DNA of 64,000 nt, taken from positions 32,001-96,000 of the forward strand of contig OZ252100.1 of assembly GCA_965248435.1 (NCBI GenBank), in the 5' to 3' direction. The position numbers and the translations under genes were made by a program. The notes under the pieces were generated by a model that was not told the origin of the DNA, searched no databases, and worked only from the letters and a program-made list of their open reading frames with translations. The stretch's first letter is position 1, and the number at the start of each line of letters is the position of its first letter. Source of the stretch: Candidatus Latescibacterota bacterium. Its GTDB lineage: Bacteria > Latescibacterota > UBA2968 > GCA-2709665. This document shows positions 29,781 to 40,102 of this stretch, piece after piece.

Positions 29781-30725
29781 TCAGACGACGGGGCTCGGAA
29801 GGTCCTTACCGTTCAGCCCGGCGACCAGGTTGTCCACTGCGAGTCGGGCCATCGCGCGTCGTGTCTGAACCGCAGCGCTACCCAGATGTGGGGTAATGAT
29901 CACGTTGTCCATCTTGAGGAGCGGGTGATCTCTAGGGAGGGGTTCCGGTTCGGTCACATCCAGCGCTGCGCCGCGTATCTGCCCGTTCTGTAACGCTTCT
30001 GTCAAGGCCTCGTGATCCACGATGGGTCCGCGGGCAACGTTGATGAGAAACGCTGTGGGTTTCATCATCGCAAGCTCATCTCGACCGATCAAGCCTTTCG
30101 TCTCCTCGGTCATCTTGACGTTCAGGGAGACAAAGTCGGACTCGGAGAGCAGATCGTTTAGCGTTGCATAGGTAACACCGAGTTCCGCTTCCACCCTGGG
30201 GTCCGGTTTCCGGTTATGGTAGAGTACCCTCATGTCGAATCCCTTGGATCGGTGGGCCACGTGCCTGCCGATGTTGCCCAATCCCACGATGCCCAGCGTA
30301 GATCCGTGAATATCCCATCCGATGAATAGATTGGGGTCGTGTCTCGTGAAGGCCTCGCTTCTCGCGTAGCGGTCTGAGCTGACGACCTGTCTGGCAATCG
30401 CCAGGATCAGGGCGAATGTCATATCCGCAGCCGCACCATCTAGTGTGTTCGCCGTATTTCCTACCGGTATTCCCCGCTTCCGTGCCGCTTCCAGGTCTAT
30501 GTGCTCCACACCCACGCCGTGAATACTGATAACCTTGAGAGAAGACAAGCGATCCATCAGCGCCTCATCGATCGGAAACAGGCTATATCCGAATAGCCCA
30601 TCGAACGACGCGTATTGATCGGGACTGGGGCCGCCCTCTGACATAATCGTGACTTCGCAGTGCTCATCCAGCATCTTGCGGAGCTCTTCGGGGACCGGAA
30701 CGTTCAACAGGACTTTGTGTGCCAT
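29781..30725 (-). CDS. D-glycerate dehydrogenase/glyoxylate reductase
   Basis: GIVGLGNIG, INVARG, ALDVTEPEPLP, TPHLGSA. Confidence 0.88.
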   Translation of the reverse strand: MAHKVLLNVPVPEELRKMLDEHCEVTIMSEGGPSPDQYASFDGLFGYSLFPIDEALMDRLSSLKVISIHGVGVEHIDLEAARKRGIPVGNTANTLDGAAADMTFALILAIARQVVSSDRYARSEAFTRHDPNLFIGWDIHGSTLGIVGLGNIGRHVAHRSKGFDMRVLYHNRKPDPRVEAELGVTYATLNDLLSESDFVSLNVKMTEETKGLIGRDELAMMKPTAFLINVARGPIVDHEALTEALQNGQIRGAALDVTEPEPLPRDHPLLKMDNVIITPHLGSAAVQTRRAMARLAVDNLVAGLNGKDLPSPVV

Positions 30726-30760
30726 ACCAACATGCTTCCTTTCATTAGGTTTGGAACGGT

Positions 30761-31732
30761 TCAATTCGTCGGCGTGAGAATGCGCTTTGGATTCTCGACC
30801 ATGATTTGATCGACCTGTTCGTCCGAGAGACCGACTTCGCGGAGCAGGGGTGCAAACCAGTCCATCAGCAGCGCGAACCCGTGACCGCCATATTTCTTGA
30901 GGTGGTACTTGCGCGTCATATCACACGAAACTGTGACCTGCTCTATATGTCCCCAGTCTGCGAATGTTTTTGCAAGCTGGGCCTTTCCGTGTTCAAAAAG
31001 CTTGCCATTGTCTCGTTCACCGTAGCCGACGGTGTCGATCCCGACGTTGACGCCCGTATCGAGGATGCGTTTGAGGTGTTCCATCTCCGGGTTGGACAGA
31101 CCGGCCGCCACAGCTGACGCGTCGGAGGGCATCATGTGTCCCAGAACGACCTTATCGATCTGGGCACCGTGCCTTTTGAACGCTTCTACCTGCCAGTCAC
31201 AGTCTCTCAGCCCACAATGGGTCGAGATGGGGATCCCAACTGCCTGCTGCGTCATACAGGCCGCTTGAAAAACCTTGTCAGCATCCTCAGGCACGCCATC
31301 CTCGTTCGAACCGAACTCGGCAAGCACGCCGGGGCGCACATCGGTTCCTTCAAAGCCGTTCTCGCATTCGTTGGTCCATCGCTGAGCCAGCTCTTCTGCT
31401 GTGGATGCCGCCACATAATCAGGCCACACGATCGGCCGGTAGACACCTGTTGAGGTGATGATGTTGATCCCGGAGTCCTCCGCGATCTTCTTGAGTCCAG
31501 CAGGATTCGGACCCAGGCCGATGCATGTGAGATCGACGATCGTACGCCCGCCGGCACGCAGAACGTCCTTCATTTCCCAGATCAGCGTATCTATCTCATC
31601 AAGTTTTTTATTTGGGTCGTTGCCACTCCACGAGTTGTCCACAATCACGTGCTCGTGCGCGTAGGTTGGGCCCAGATCCTCAGGCGAAATTGGTCCCAGC
31701 ACACCCATAACTTTTCCAGGCTGAGAACTCAT
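30761..31732 (-). CDS. phosphotriesterase-related amidohydrolase
   Basis: LGPTYAHEH, GGRTIVD, ISTH, VLGH, VSCD, NPKRIL. Confidence 0.88.
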   Translation of the reverse strand: MSSQPGKVMGVLGPISPEDLGPTYAHEHVIVDNSWSGNDPNKKLDEIDTLIWEMKDVLRAGGRTIVDLTCIGLGPNPAGLKKIAEDSGINIITSTGVYRPIVWPDYVAASTAEELAQRWTNECENGFEGTDVRPGVLAEFGSNEDGVPEDADKVFQAACMTQQAVGIPISTHCGLRDCDWQVEAFKRHGAQIDKVVLGHMMPSDASAVAAGLSNPEMEHLKRILDTGVNVGIDTVGYGERDNGKLFEHGKAQLAKTFADWGHIEQVTVSCDMTRKYHLKKYGGHGFALLMDWFAPLLREVGLSDEQVDQIMVENPKRILTPTN

Positions 31733-32001
31733 CCTTCTTCCTTTTCCTGTCTGTCGCTTGTTGGACCAAACTGACTAAGGATCCGAATGACACGGGGCGC
31801 TGAATATATAGCCACCCGGGACGTCGGGCAATCGGAAAGAGGGAGACGGAGCGGAACTCTCAGGCCCATAGGCGCTACAGCAAAGTCAACAAGTTTGTTT
31901 TGATTTAATGGAACGGTTTGGAAGTCTGAGATGTTTAAGAAGGTGAAATCACAATTCGTATCTAAACCTGGAATTTTCCAGCCTTTCGGAGGTTCATTGA
32001 G

Positions 32002-32163
32002 ATGCTGACAAGACTTTCCAACCGAGTGACCTACCTATACGGTCAGGCCCCGATCAGCCTCACCTTTCCACACGAACCCAGGTGGAGACGAAGACGGGCC
32101 TACAAGCGTGCCTGGCACGGGGAAAAACCTGTAACATCGTCGGATGCATCATCCACATCTTAG
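32002..32163 (+). CDS. putative 53-aa small basic protein (below ORF-track cutoff)
   Basis: GGAGG 9 nt before ATG; MLTRLSNRVTYLYGQAPISLTFPHEPRWRRRRAYKRAWHGEKPVTSSDASSTS; terminator downstream. Confidence 0.45.
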   Translation: MLTRLSNRVTYLYGQAPISLTFPHEPRWRRRRAYKRAWHGEKPVTSSDASSTS

Positions 32164-32241
32164 GCTGAAGAAGAGCGATTTTTGTAGAAAATGACACGGC
32201 CAGGCGCCTGATGATGTGCAGCGGGCCTCATGAGCAAGCAC

Positions 32242-32277
32242 GGCCGCCCCGAGCAAGTGCTCCGGGCGGCCTTTTTA
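32242..32277 (+). terminator. intrinsic terminator
   Basis: GGCCGCCCCGAGCA-AG-TGCTCCGGGCGGCC-TTTTT. Confidence 0.8.
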
Positions 32278-32453
32278 TTGCCTCTAAGCTGGCGCAAAGT
32301 CAGAAATTTAACTGCCAATACGGCCAATGCGAACAATTCGGCGACGGGTATGTGCCATATTGACAATTCGCGCTTTATCTCAGGGGGTGGACTGGAATGG
32401 GAAAATATGTATAAGAATTTGTGCGTATTGAAGTTAAAAATATATCCGTTGAA

Positions 32454-32470
32454 TTGGCACAGGCATTGCG
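32454..32470 (+). promoter_or_regulatory. sigma54 (-24/-12) promoter
   Basis: TTGGCAC-AGGCA-TTGC matches TGGCAC-N5-TTGC; AT-rich tract upstream. Confidence 0.75.
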
Positions 32471-32530
32471 GTCAGAGTGTGCGTGAGTTAAATGACGACC
32501 CATTATCCATATCTAACGGAGGTGAAGAAG

Positions 32531-32959
32531 ATGACACTCGTAAGATGGCAGCCCAGGAGATTGGTCGATTTCAGGAGTGAAATCGACAAGTTCTTTGAGG
32601 GGTTTGGGGATGGGGATTCGGTCTGGGGCGCGTGGAGTCCCGCGATGGATGTGTCCGAGACGGAAAACGAGATTCTCGTTCACGCGGACCTGCCCGGTCT
32701 GAGCAAGGATCAGATCAAGGTCAGCCTGGAAAACAACGTCCTGACCATCAAAGGAGAGAAGCGGCAGGAGTCCGACAATAAGGACAAGCAGTTCCATAGG
32801 AGCGAGAGGTCTTATGGATCCTTCACCCGCTCGTTCAGGCTCCCCTCGGAAGTCGCGGCAGGCAAGATTTCGGCGTCCTACAAGGATGGCGTCCTGGCAC
32901 TGACGCTTCCGAAGTCGGAGGCCGCCAAGCCGAAGGAAATCGAGGTGAAGGTGGTCTGA
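32531..32959 (+). CDS. Hsp20/alpha-crystallin small heat-shock protein
   Basis: WSPAMDVSET, ADLPGL, LTIKGEK, ERSYGSFTRSFRLP, ASYKDGVL, KEIEV; GGAGGTG RBS. Confidence 0.95.
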   Translation: MTLVRWQPRRLVDFRSEIDKFFEGFGDGDSVWGAWSPAMDVSETENEILVHADLPGLSKDQIKVSLENNVLTIKGEKRQESDNKDKQFHRSERSYGSFTRSFRLPSEVAAGKISASYKDGVLALTLPKSEAAKPKEIEVKVV

Positions 32960-33003
32960 CGAGGGCCCAGGTCCCTTACCTCACCAAAGCAGTCAACTCT
33001 GGC

Positions 33004-33036
33004 AAGGGGACCGTTCGGGATGAACGGTCCCCTTTG
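33004..33036 (+). terminator. hairpin/terminator between hsp20 and dnaJ
   Basis: AAGGGGACCGTTC-GGGAT-GAACGGTCCCCTT. Confidence 0.65.
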
Positions 33037-33093
33037 AACTGACGAACGGGATCAAAGGTCAGCACAAGCGTTGGCGAAATAAAGGCCGGTCGA

Positions 33094-34068
33094 ATGGATT
33101 TCAAAGACTATTATGAGATGCTAGGGGTCTCAAAAGGGGCGTCGCAAAAGGAGATTCAGAGCGCCTTTCGGAAGCTGGCGCGGACTTGTCACCCGGACAA
33201 GAACAAGGATCCCGCAGCAGAGGAGAAATTCAAGGAGATCAGTGAAGCGAACGAGGTCTTGAGCGATCCGGATAAGCGTGCCAAGTATGACCGCTACGGA
33301 ATGGCCTGGAAGGCCGCTCAAGAGGGTCATGGACAGCCTCCGGGTTTCGAAGGTGTCCGATTCGACTTCGATCCCTCGAACATCGACTTTTCGATGGGTA
33401 GCCGAGGTGAGTTCGGGAGCTTCTTCGATGTTCTGGAACACCTTTTCGGAGGTGCGAGATCGGCTTCCGGCGGGACACCCTTCGGTGGCTTTGGAGGCGT
33501 GCACGGCTCGCGGTCGTCCGGGGGCGCCGATCACGAAGCCCGGCTCAGCTTGACACTGGAAGAGGCCGCTCGAGGCGGAAAACACAGGATTTCGCTGGCG
33601 GACCCGGAAAGTGCCAAATCGAAGATCTACTCGGTTACGTTACCGGCCGGTATCCAGCCCGGAAAACGAATTCGGCTCGCGGGGCAGGGTGGAAAGGGAA
33701 TGGGTGATGGAGCCTCGGGTGATCTGTATCTGATCGTCAATGTCGGGCCCCACGACCGGTTTGAGCTCAAGGGCCGGGATCTCTACACCCTGGTTGCTGT
33801 CACGCCCTGGGAAGCTGCGCTGGGGGGCTCGATCAGGATGAATGCTCTGGATGAAACGATAAAGGTCAGCATCCCGTCCGGATCATCTTCTGGACGCAGG
33901 ATACGGTTAAAGGAGAAGGGATTTCCCGATTCACGCGGCGCTGGCGATCTCTATGCGGAGATTCGGATCGTGGTGCCTGAAAAGGTGTCGAGCAAAGAGC
34001 GGGAACTTTACGAAAAACTCGCGGATGTTTCAGAATTCGAGGCGCACGGACGGGCGAGTGCGAAGTAG
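33094..34068 (+). CDS. cbpA: DnaJ class B / CbpA-like chaperone
   Basis: J-domain with HPD; G/F region; no zinc finger; VTPWEAALG. Confidence 0.85.
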   Translation: MDFKDYYEMLGVSKGASQKEIQSAFRKLARTCHPDKNKDPAAEEKFKEISEANEVLSDPDKRAKYDRYGMAWKAAQEGHGQPPGFEGVRFDFDPSNIDFSMGSRGEFGSFFDVLEHLFGGARSASGGTPFGGFGGVHGSRSSGGADHEARLSLTLEEAARGGKHRISLADPESAKSKIYSVTLPAGIQPGKRIRLAGQGGKGMGDGASGDLYLIVNVGPHDRFELKGRDLYTLVAVTPWEAALGGSIRMNALDETIKVSIPSGSSSGRRIRLKEKGFPDSRGAGDLYAEIRIVVPEKVSSKERELYEKLADVSEFEAHGRASAK

Positions 34069-34087
34069 ACAACTTGAGGAGATGGAC

Positions 34088-36733
34088 ATGGACCTCAGCA
34101 AACTAACGCAAAAATCTCAGGAGGCGGTCCAGGAGGCGCAGACCGGGGCGGCGGGCTACGGTCACGCCGAGGTAGACGGCGAGCATCTGCTTTTGGCCCT
34201 GTTAGAGCAGCCGGACGGACTCCTACCGAGGATTCTGGCACGAATGGATGTGCCGGTGAAGAAACTCATCAGCGAGGTCGAGCAAACCCTGGTGAAACGC
34301 CCGAAGGTATCAGGCCCCGGCGTTGAGGCCGGAAGGATTTACGTCACGGACCGGTTTCAGCGCCTGTTCGGGAGTGCTGAACAGGAAGCAGGGCGGTTGA
34401 AAGATGAGTACATCTCCGTGGAGCACCTCGCCCTCGCGCTCATCGAAGAAGGAAATAGGTCGGAAGGAGGAAAGATCCTTGAGCAGTTCGACATTTCTCG
34501 GGACAGATTCCTCAGCACGCTAACAGGCATACGCGGCGCTCAGCGCGTCACAAGCGCGACGCCGGAGGGGTCCTACGAAGCCTTGGAGAAGTATGGAGTG
34601 GACCTTGTCGCCCAGGCTCGTCAGGGGAGGCTCGATCCTGTCATCGGGCGGGATTCTGAGATCCGGAGGGTGGTGCGCATCTTATCCAGAAAGACGAAAA
34701 ACAACCCGGTGCTCATCGGCGAACCGGGAGTGGGCAAAACGGCGATCATAGAGGGACTGGCGCAGCGCATCGTTCGAGGGGATGTGCCGGAGTGGCTCAA
34801 AGACCGGTCTTTGTTCTCGCTCGATATGGGCGCTCTCATGGCCGGCGCAAAGTACCGCGGGGAGTTCGAGGAGCGGCTCAAGGCCGTTCTGAACGAGATC
34901 AAGGAGAGTGAGGGCAGGATTCTGCTCTTTATAGACGAAGTTCACAACATCGTGGGTGCTGGACGGACGGAGGGATCGACGGACGCGGGGAATATGCTCA
35001 AGCCCATGCTGTCCCGGGGGGAACTGCACTGTATCGGGGCCACGACACTGGATGAACATCGCAAGTATATCGAGAAAGACGCAGCGTTGGAGCGGCGATT
35101 CCAGCCCGTAGTCGTGGATCAGCCAACGGTGGAGGACACGATCTCCATCCTTCGGGGTCTACGCGAGCGATACGAGGTGCATCACGGTGTTCGCATTCAG
35201 GACAATGCCCTTGTCAACGCAGCGATGCTGTCCAATCGATATATCGCAGACCGGTTTCTGCCCGATAAGGCGATCGACCTGGTGGATGAGGCTTGTGCCA
35301 CGGTTCGTACAGAGATCGACTCGATGCCCGCCGAACTGGATGAAATGACGCGCCGCGTGATGCAGCTCGAGATCGAAGAGGCTGCCTTGAAGAAGGAAAA
35401 GGACAAGGCGAGTCGAGAACGGCTGCACGGGCTAAGAAAAGAGCTGGCCGATTTAAAGACCGACACGGATGCGATGCGGGCCCGGTGGGAGACGGAGAAA
35501 GCGGCGATTCAGGATGTCCGGGGAATTCGGGAGGAGATCGAACAGGTGCGTCGGGCGATTGAAGACGCAGAACAGCAGTATGACCTGAACCGAGCCGCGG
35601 AGCTTAAACACGGCAAGCTGCCAGAACTCGAGCGCCAGCTCAGGGCCTCGGAGGCGGTGCAGTCCGGGGACGGCCGGCTGCTGAGAGAAGAGGTCACGGA
35701 GGATGAAATCGCGGAAATCGTCTCACGATGGTCCGGAATTCCGGTTACGCGGCTCGTTGAAGGAGAGCGGGAGAAGCTGCTCCGGCTGGACGAGATCTTG
35801 CACCAGCGGGTCGTGGGTCAGGACGAGGCGGTGTCGCTCGTCGCGGATGCCGTGATCCGGGCGCGAGCCGGGATCAAGGACCCCCGCAGGCCGATCGGGT
35901 CCTTCATCTTTCTCGGGCCGACCGGTGTAGGGAAGACCGAGCTTGCAAAGACGTTGGCAGAGGCCATGTTCGACAGCGAAGAGAACATGGTACGGATCGA
36001 CATGAGCGAATACATGGAAAAGCACACGGTATCCAGGCTGGTGGGTGCCCCCCCGGGCTATGTGGGCTACGAAGAAGGGGGCCAGTTAACCGAGGCCGTC
36101 CGCCGGAAGCCTTATTCCGTGCTCCTGTTCGACGAGATCGAAAAGGCCCACCACGATGTCTTCAACGTCCTCCTGCAGATCTTGGACGATGGGAGGCTTA
36201 CGGACGCGCAGGGGCGAACGGTCGACTTCAAGAATACAGTAATTATTATGACCTCGAACATCGGGTCCCATTTTCTACTCGAGGGTGTAACTGAGCAGGG
36301 AGAGATCAAGGCGGGTGCCCGGGAGGCGGTCTTGCGCGAGATGCGGCAGCACTTCAGGCCCGAGTTCCTGAATCGCGTAGACGATATTGTTCTGTTTAAG
36401 TCTTTGACACAGAGGGAGATTATCCGAATTGTTGAATTGATGGCTGAGGATCTGAAGTGCCGCTTGAGTGGTCGAAGGATCAGGCTCGAGATCACAAAGC
36501 CTGCCTGTGAGTTCGTTGCGCGCGAAGGGTTCGACCCAATCTACGGAGCACGTCCGCTCAGACGCTTCCTCCAGCGCGAGTTGGAGACGCGGATCGGCCG
36601 CGCCCTGATCGGGGGCGAAATTCTGGACGGCGCTTCGATCACCGTAGTTCTCGATGAGGACGAGCTCGTCGTGAAACACGAGAATCCACCGACTGAAACG
36701 GTTGAAGGAGCACCCGAATTTGTCTACAACTAG
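34088..36733 (+). CDS. clpB: ATP-dependent disaggregase ClpB
   Basis: Clp-N repeats; two AAA modules ([16 protein letters not shown]); coiled-coil M domain; GARPL. Confidence 0.97.
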   Translation: MDLSKLTQKSQEAVQEAQTGAAGYGHAEVDGEHLLLALLEQPDGLLPRILARMDVPVKKLISEVEQTLVKRPKVSGPGVEAGRIYVTDRFQRLFGSAEQEAGRLKDEYISVEHLALALIEEGNRSEGGKILEQFDISRDRFLSTLTGIRGAQRVTSATPEGSYEALEKYGVDLVAQARQGRLDPVIGRDSEIRRVVRILSRKTKNNPVLIGEPGVGKTAIIEGLAQRIVRGDVPEWLKDRSLFSLDMGALMAGAKYRGEFEERLKAVLNEIKESEGRILLFIDEVHNIVGAGRTEGSTDAGNMLKPMLSRGELHCIGATTLDEHRKYIEKDAALERRFQPVVVDQPTVEDTISILRGLRERYEVHHGVRIQDNALVNAAMLSNRYIADRFLPDKAIDLVDEACATVRTEIDSMPAELDEMTRRVMQLEIEEAALKKEKDKASRERLHGLRKELADLKTDTDAMRARWETEKAAIQDVRGIREEIEQVRRAIEDAEQQYDLNRAAELKHGKLPELERQLRASEAVQSGDGRLLREEVTEDEIAEIVSRWSGIPVTRLVEGEREKLLRLDEILHQRVVGQDEAVSLVADAVIRARAGIKDPRRPIGSFIFLGPTGVGKTELAKTLAEAMFDSEENMVRIDMSEYMEKHTVSRLVGAPPGYVGYEEGGQLTEAVRRKPYSVLLFDEIEKAHHDVFNVLLQILDDGRLTDAQGRTVDFKNTVIIMTSNIGSHFLLEGVTEQGEIKAGAREAVLREMRQHFRPEFLNRVDDIVLFKSLTQREIIRIVELMAEDLKCRLSGRRIRLEITKPACEFVAREGFDPIYGARPLRRFLQRELETRIGRALIGGEILDGASITVVLDEDELVVKHENPPTETVEGAPEFVYN

Positions 36734-36758
36734 GGCAGAAGGTACGTGAGATGACATA

Positions 36759-36790
36759 ACCCCTTCCTCGCAGGAGGAAGGGGTCTTTTG
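36759..36790 (+). terminator. intrinsic terminator
   Basis: ACCCCTTCCTC-GCAG-GAGGAAGGGGT-CTTTT. Confidence 0.8.
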
Positions 36791-36908
36791 CTTTCCCGGT
36801 AATCGGACAGCTGCGCCATCATCGCCTGATTTCCTCAAGAAATTTCTTGTCACTTTTGGTGATAACCTTATCTTCTTTTAGACACTTATAGCCCGAAAGG
36901 GTTCTTTT

Positions 36909-38366
36909 ATGAAGAAGGCTAAAATCGTCTGCACCATCGGACCCTCTTCAAGCTCCAAGGAGATGATTACCCGGTTGATCGAGGCGGGCATGGACGTCGC
37001 CCGTCTCAATTTTTCTCACGGTGATCATTCAGCACAAAAGGCAAATATCCTCGCAGTCAGAGCGGCCTCCGAACAGATGAACCGGCCTGTGGCCATCCTC
37101 CAGGATCTTCAAGGCCCCAGGATCAGGGTCGGCGAAATCCACGAGGGATCCATCGAACTCGTTTCAGGGGAACGGGTTGTTCTCACGACGCGCGAAGTGA
37201 CTGGCACGTCCAAGGAGATACCCACCACCTATCAGATGCTTCCGGAAGATGTGGGGAAAGGGGACAGGATTTTACTCGATGACGGCCAGATCGAGTTAAG
37301 CGTCCTCGATGTGGATGGGCGCGACGTGCAATGCGAAGTGGTGACAGGGGGACATCTGAAGGCTCACAAGGGGATCAACCTTCCCGGGGTCCAGGTGAGT
37401 GCATCGTCATTAACTGTCAAAGATCGGGAAGACTTGGCGTTTGGCATCGATCAGGGCGTCGACTATTTGGCCCTGTCGTTCGTCCGGGGTCCATCCGATG
37501 TTCAGGAAGTGAAGGATCTGTTAAAGGAGCGGGGATCGGACGTCCCGGTGATCGCCAAGCTGGAGCGCCCGGAGGCGGTCGAGAACCTGGATGCCATCCT
37601 GGAGATCTCGGACGGAATCATGGTGGCCAGAGGCGACCTCGGCGTGGAGTTGTCTCCCGAAGAGGTCCCCATCGTCCAGAAACAGATGATTTCGGCGGCC
37701 AACCAGGCGGGGGCGCTTGTCATCACGGCTACCCAAATGCTGGAGTCGATGACCACGAACCCTCGCCCGACGCGGGCAGAGGCCTCCGATGTCGCCAATG
37801 CCGTCTTCGATGGGACCGACGCGGTGATGCTTTCGGGGGAAACCGCGGTCGGGAAGTATCCCGAAGCGTCGGTACGCATGATGGCGCGGATTGTCGAGCG
37901 CACAGAGACCAGTATGCTGGCCGAGGCACCGATACGTCGCCGTGCCGATCAGTCGGATTCCCTCACCTTCCCGGGTGCGATCGGGCACGCCGCTGCAACA
38001 GTGGCCCAGGATATGGGGGCCAAGGCGATCGTCGCCTTCACGCAATCCGGGTCGACCGCAATGTTGATTTCCAAGTGGCGACCCAGGACCCCGATCATCG
38101 CGTTTACGCCGCACGAAGTCATCTTGAGGCGGCTCTGCCTTTGCTGGGGGACCGAGCCGAGGGTGATGGAACTCGTGGAGGATACGGACGAGATGGTTTC
38201 AGAAGTGAGCGAACAACTGCTTAAGGAAGGGAGCGTCGAAGTCGGGGACGTGCTCGTGATCCTTGCCGGGGCCCCTGTGACGGCGCGGGCCGAGACGAAC
38301 CTGCTGAAGCTGCACCGGGTGGGTGAGGGACAATCCGGTCCAGATTTGGAGGATCAGTCAAAGTGA
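36909..38366 (+). CDS. pyk: pyruvate kinase
   Basis: KIVCTIGP, ARLNFSHG, IAKLE, IMVARGDLGVE, ATQMLESM, DAVMLSGET. Confidence 0.97.
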   Translation: MKKAKIVCTIGPSSSSKEMITRLIEAGMDVARLNFSHGDHSAQKANILAVRAASEQMNRPVAILQDLQGPRIRVGEIHEGSIELVSGERVVLTTREVTGTSKEIPTTYQMLPEDVGKGDRILLDDGQIELSVLDVDGRDVQCEVVTGGHLKAHKGINLPGVQVSASSLTVKDREDLAFGIDQGVDYLALSFVRGPSDVQEVKDLLKERGSDVPVIAKLERPEAVENLDAILEISDGIMVARGDLGVELSPEEVPIVQKQMISAANQAGALVITATQMLESMTTNPRPTRAEASDVANAVFDGTDAVMLSGETAVGKYPEASVRMMARIVERTETSMLAEAPIRRRADQSDSLTFPGAIGHAAATVAQDMGAKAIVAFTQSGSTAMLISKWRPRTPIIAFTPHEVILRRLCLCWGTEPRVMELVEDTDEMVSEVSEQLLKEGSVEVGDVLVILAGAPVTARAETNLLKLHRVGEGQSGPDLEDQSK

Positions 38367-39754
38367 CCGACGAACTGGCCCCCGCAGGAGCAGCCGGAGG
38401 GGCAACAGAACATCCGATCGAGGCGCTCGTGGAGGTGTCCACACATCTCCTCGAGATGGAAGACCGGAGGACACTCAAAGGGGTGCTCAACGGACAGAGG
38501 CCCGCCGATCTGGCTGACCTGATGCGGCTCATAGATAACAAGACTAGAGAAAGCCTGTTCAACCTGCTCGATGACCACCTGGCAGCGGAGGTGCTGGCCG
38601 AGTCAGATGCGGCAACCGCCGTCGCGATTGCCGAGGACCTGGGACCCCGGGAGTTGTCGGACCTCGTCGAGGAGATGGCACCCGACGACGCTGCAGACCT
38701 GCTGTCAGAACTGGAGGATGAGGAGGCCGAGAAGGTCCTGGATCTGATGGAGGTTGAAGAGGCGCAGGAAGTCCAGGAACTGATGGCGCACGAAGAGGAT
38801 ACCGGGGGCGGCATCATGACCCCGGAGCTTGTTTTGGCACAAGAAAATACAACGGTATCCGAGGTGATCGAGACACTCCGGCGGGAGGCCGAAGAGACCG
38901 ACATTGCCGAGCTTTATGTCGTCGATGAGAAAGACAGGCTTGTCGGGGAGGTCCCACTTCATCGATTGGTGACAGCCCGGCCTGGGTCGACGATGGCCGA
39001 CCTGATGTTCCGGGATTTGATCACGGTGACACCCGAAACGGATCAGGAGGAGATCGCCAGGCTGTTTACGCGCTACGATCTGCTCGCCCTGCCGGTCGTG
39101 GACGCTGACGGTACCCTGGTCGGGCAGATCACGGTGGACGACGTGCTGGATGTGATCCACGAAGAGGCGACTGAAGATATCTACAAAATGGCGGGGACGA
39201 GCGACCAGGAGATCGTCCATCCCTCGGTCTTTGGCGTTGCCTGGGTCCGACTGCCCTGGCTTATGCTTGCCCTTCTCGGAAGCTTCCTGTCGGGACTCGT
39301 GATCCACGTCTTCGACGTCGCGCTGGAGCGGGTGATTACACTGGCCGCCTTCATTCCGGTGATTATGGCCACCGGGGGCAACAGCGGCCTGCAGGCATCC
39401 ACGGTAACCGTGCGGAATCTGGTCACAGGCCAGGCTTCGACTCGTTCGATATTACGAATGGTCTTGAGAGAAGTCGGTACCGCTGTCGTGATCGGGGCAG
39501 CGTGCGGGATCGCCGCGAGTGCGGTGGCCTGGCTCTGGTTTCAGGAACCCCTGGTAGGTGTGTGCGTGGGCGGGGCCATGTTCCTCGTGATCACCCTGGC
39601 CGTTTTTCTTGGGGTTCTGGCTCCTGTGGTTTTTCAGCGTGTCGGTATCGATCCGGCCATAGCCTCTGCCCCCTTCATCACGACGGCCAATGATATTCTG
39701 GGACTGTTCATCTATCTGGGTCTCGCCACGATCCTGATCGAACGGTTTATGTAG
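38363..39754 (+). CDS. mgtE: magnesium transporter MgtE
   Basis: MgtE_N, CBS pair, RLPWL, GGNSGLQ, IDPAIASAPFITTAND. Confidence 0.95.
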   Translation: MTDELAPAGAAGGATEHPIEALVEVSTHLLEMEDRRTLKGVLNGQRPADLADLMRLIDNKTRESLFNLLDDHLAAEVLAESDAATAVAIAEDLGPRELSDLVEEMAPDDAADLLSELEDEEAEKVLDLMEVEEAQEVQELMAHEEDTGGGIMTPELVLAQENTTVSEVIETLRREAEETDIAELYVVDEKDRLVGEVPLHRLVTARPGSTMADLMFRDLITVTPETDQEEIARLFTRYDLLALPVVDADGTLVGQITVDDVLDVIHEEATEDIYKMAGTSDQEIVHPSVFGVAWVRLPWLMLALLGSFLSGLVIHVFDVALERVITLAAFIPVIMATGGNSGLQASTVTVRNLVTGQASTRSILRMVLREVGTAVVIGAACGIAASAVAWLWFQEPLVGVCVGGAMFLVITLAVFLGVLAPVVFQRVGIDPAIASAPFITTANDILGLFIYLGLATILIERFM

Positions 39755-39761
39755 AAAGCCA

Positions 39762-39968
39762 ATGACTCCGATCCTGCGATTCACGATCGCGTTTCTGCTC
39801 CTCGTCCTGCCCATTTCTGTGGGGACGATAGGCTACGCCTGGGTTGAAGGATGGTCGATTTTGGACAGCCTTTACATGACCCTCATAACGATCACGACGG
39901 TGGGCTATGCCCTGGGCGACGAAGCCCAGTTGGATCGGTTAAAGGTGATGGCATCCGCGACTACCTAA
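39762..39968 (+). pseudogene. potassium channel (2TM + RCK/TrkA type) remnant with large in-frame internal deletion
   Basis: TM1 and pore helix 'GWSILDSLYMTLITITTVGY' are fused directly to TrkA_C-terminal-like 'ALGDEAQLDRL'. Confidence 0.8.
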
Positions 39969-40102
39969 CACCACCCTGCCTTCCGCGTGCGGCAAGTTTT
40001 TACTACGATTCAAACCACTTCGATTTTCCCTACCGCTCACCTCTCCAATAGCTCCCACAAGATCTTCCCCTGTGACCGAATGACCGAACGGAATACAGAC
40101 CG

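Noticed and set aside
32170-32240. Riboswitch or ribozyme near CCTGATGA
   Set aside because: Could not build the rest of a fluoride-riboswitch or hammerhead consensus by eye; needs an Infernal scan.
37331-38224. Long alternative-frame ORFs overlapping pyk, tamB, feoB and ltaE
   Set aside because: Expected by-products of high GC3 codon usage; Arg/Gly/Pro-rich with no motifs.
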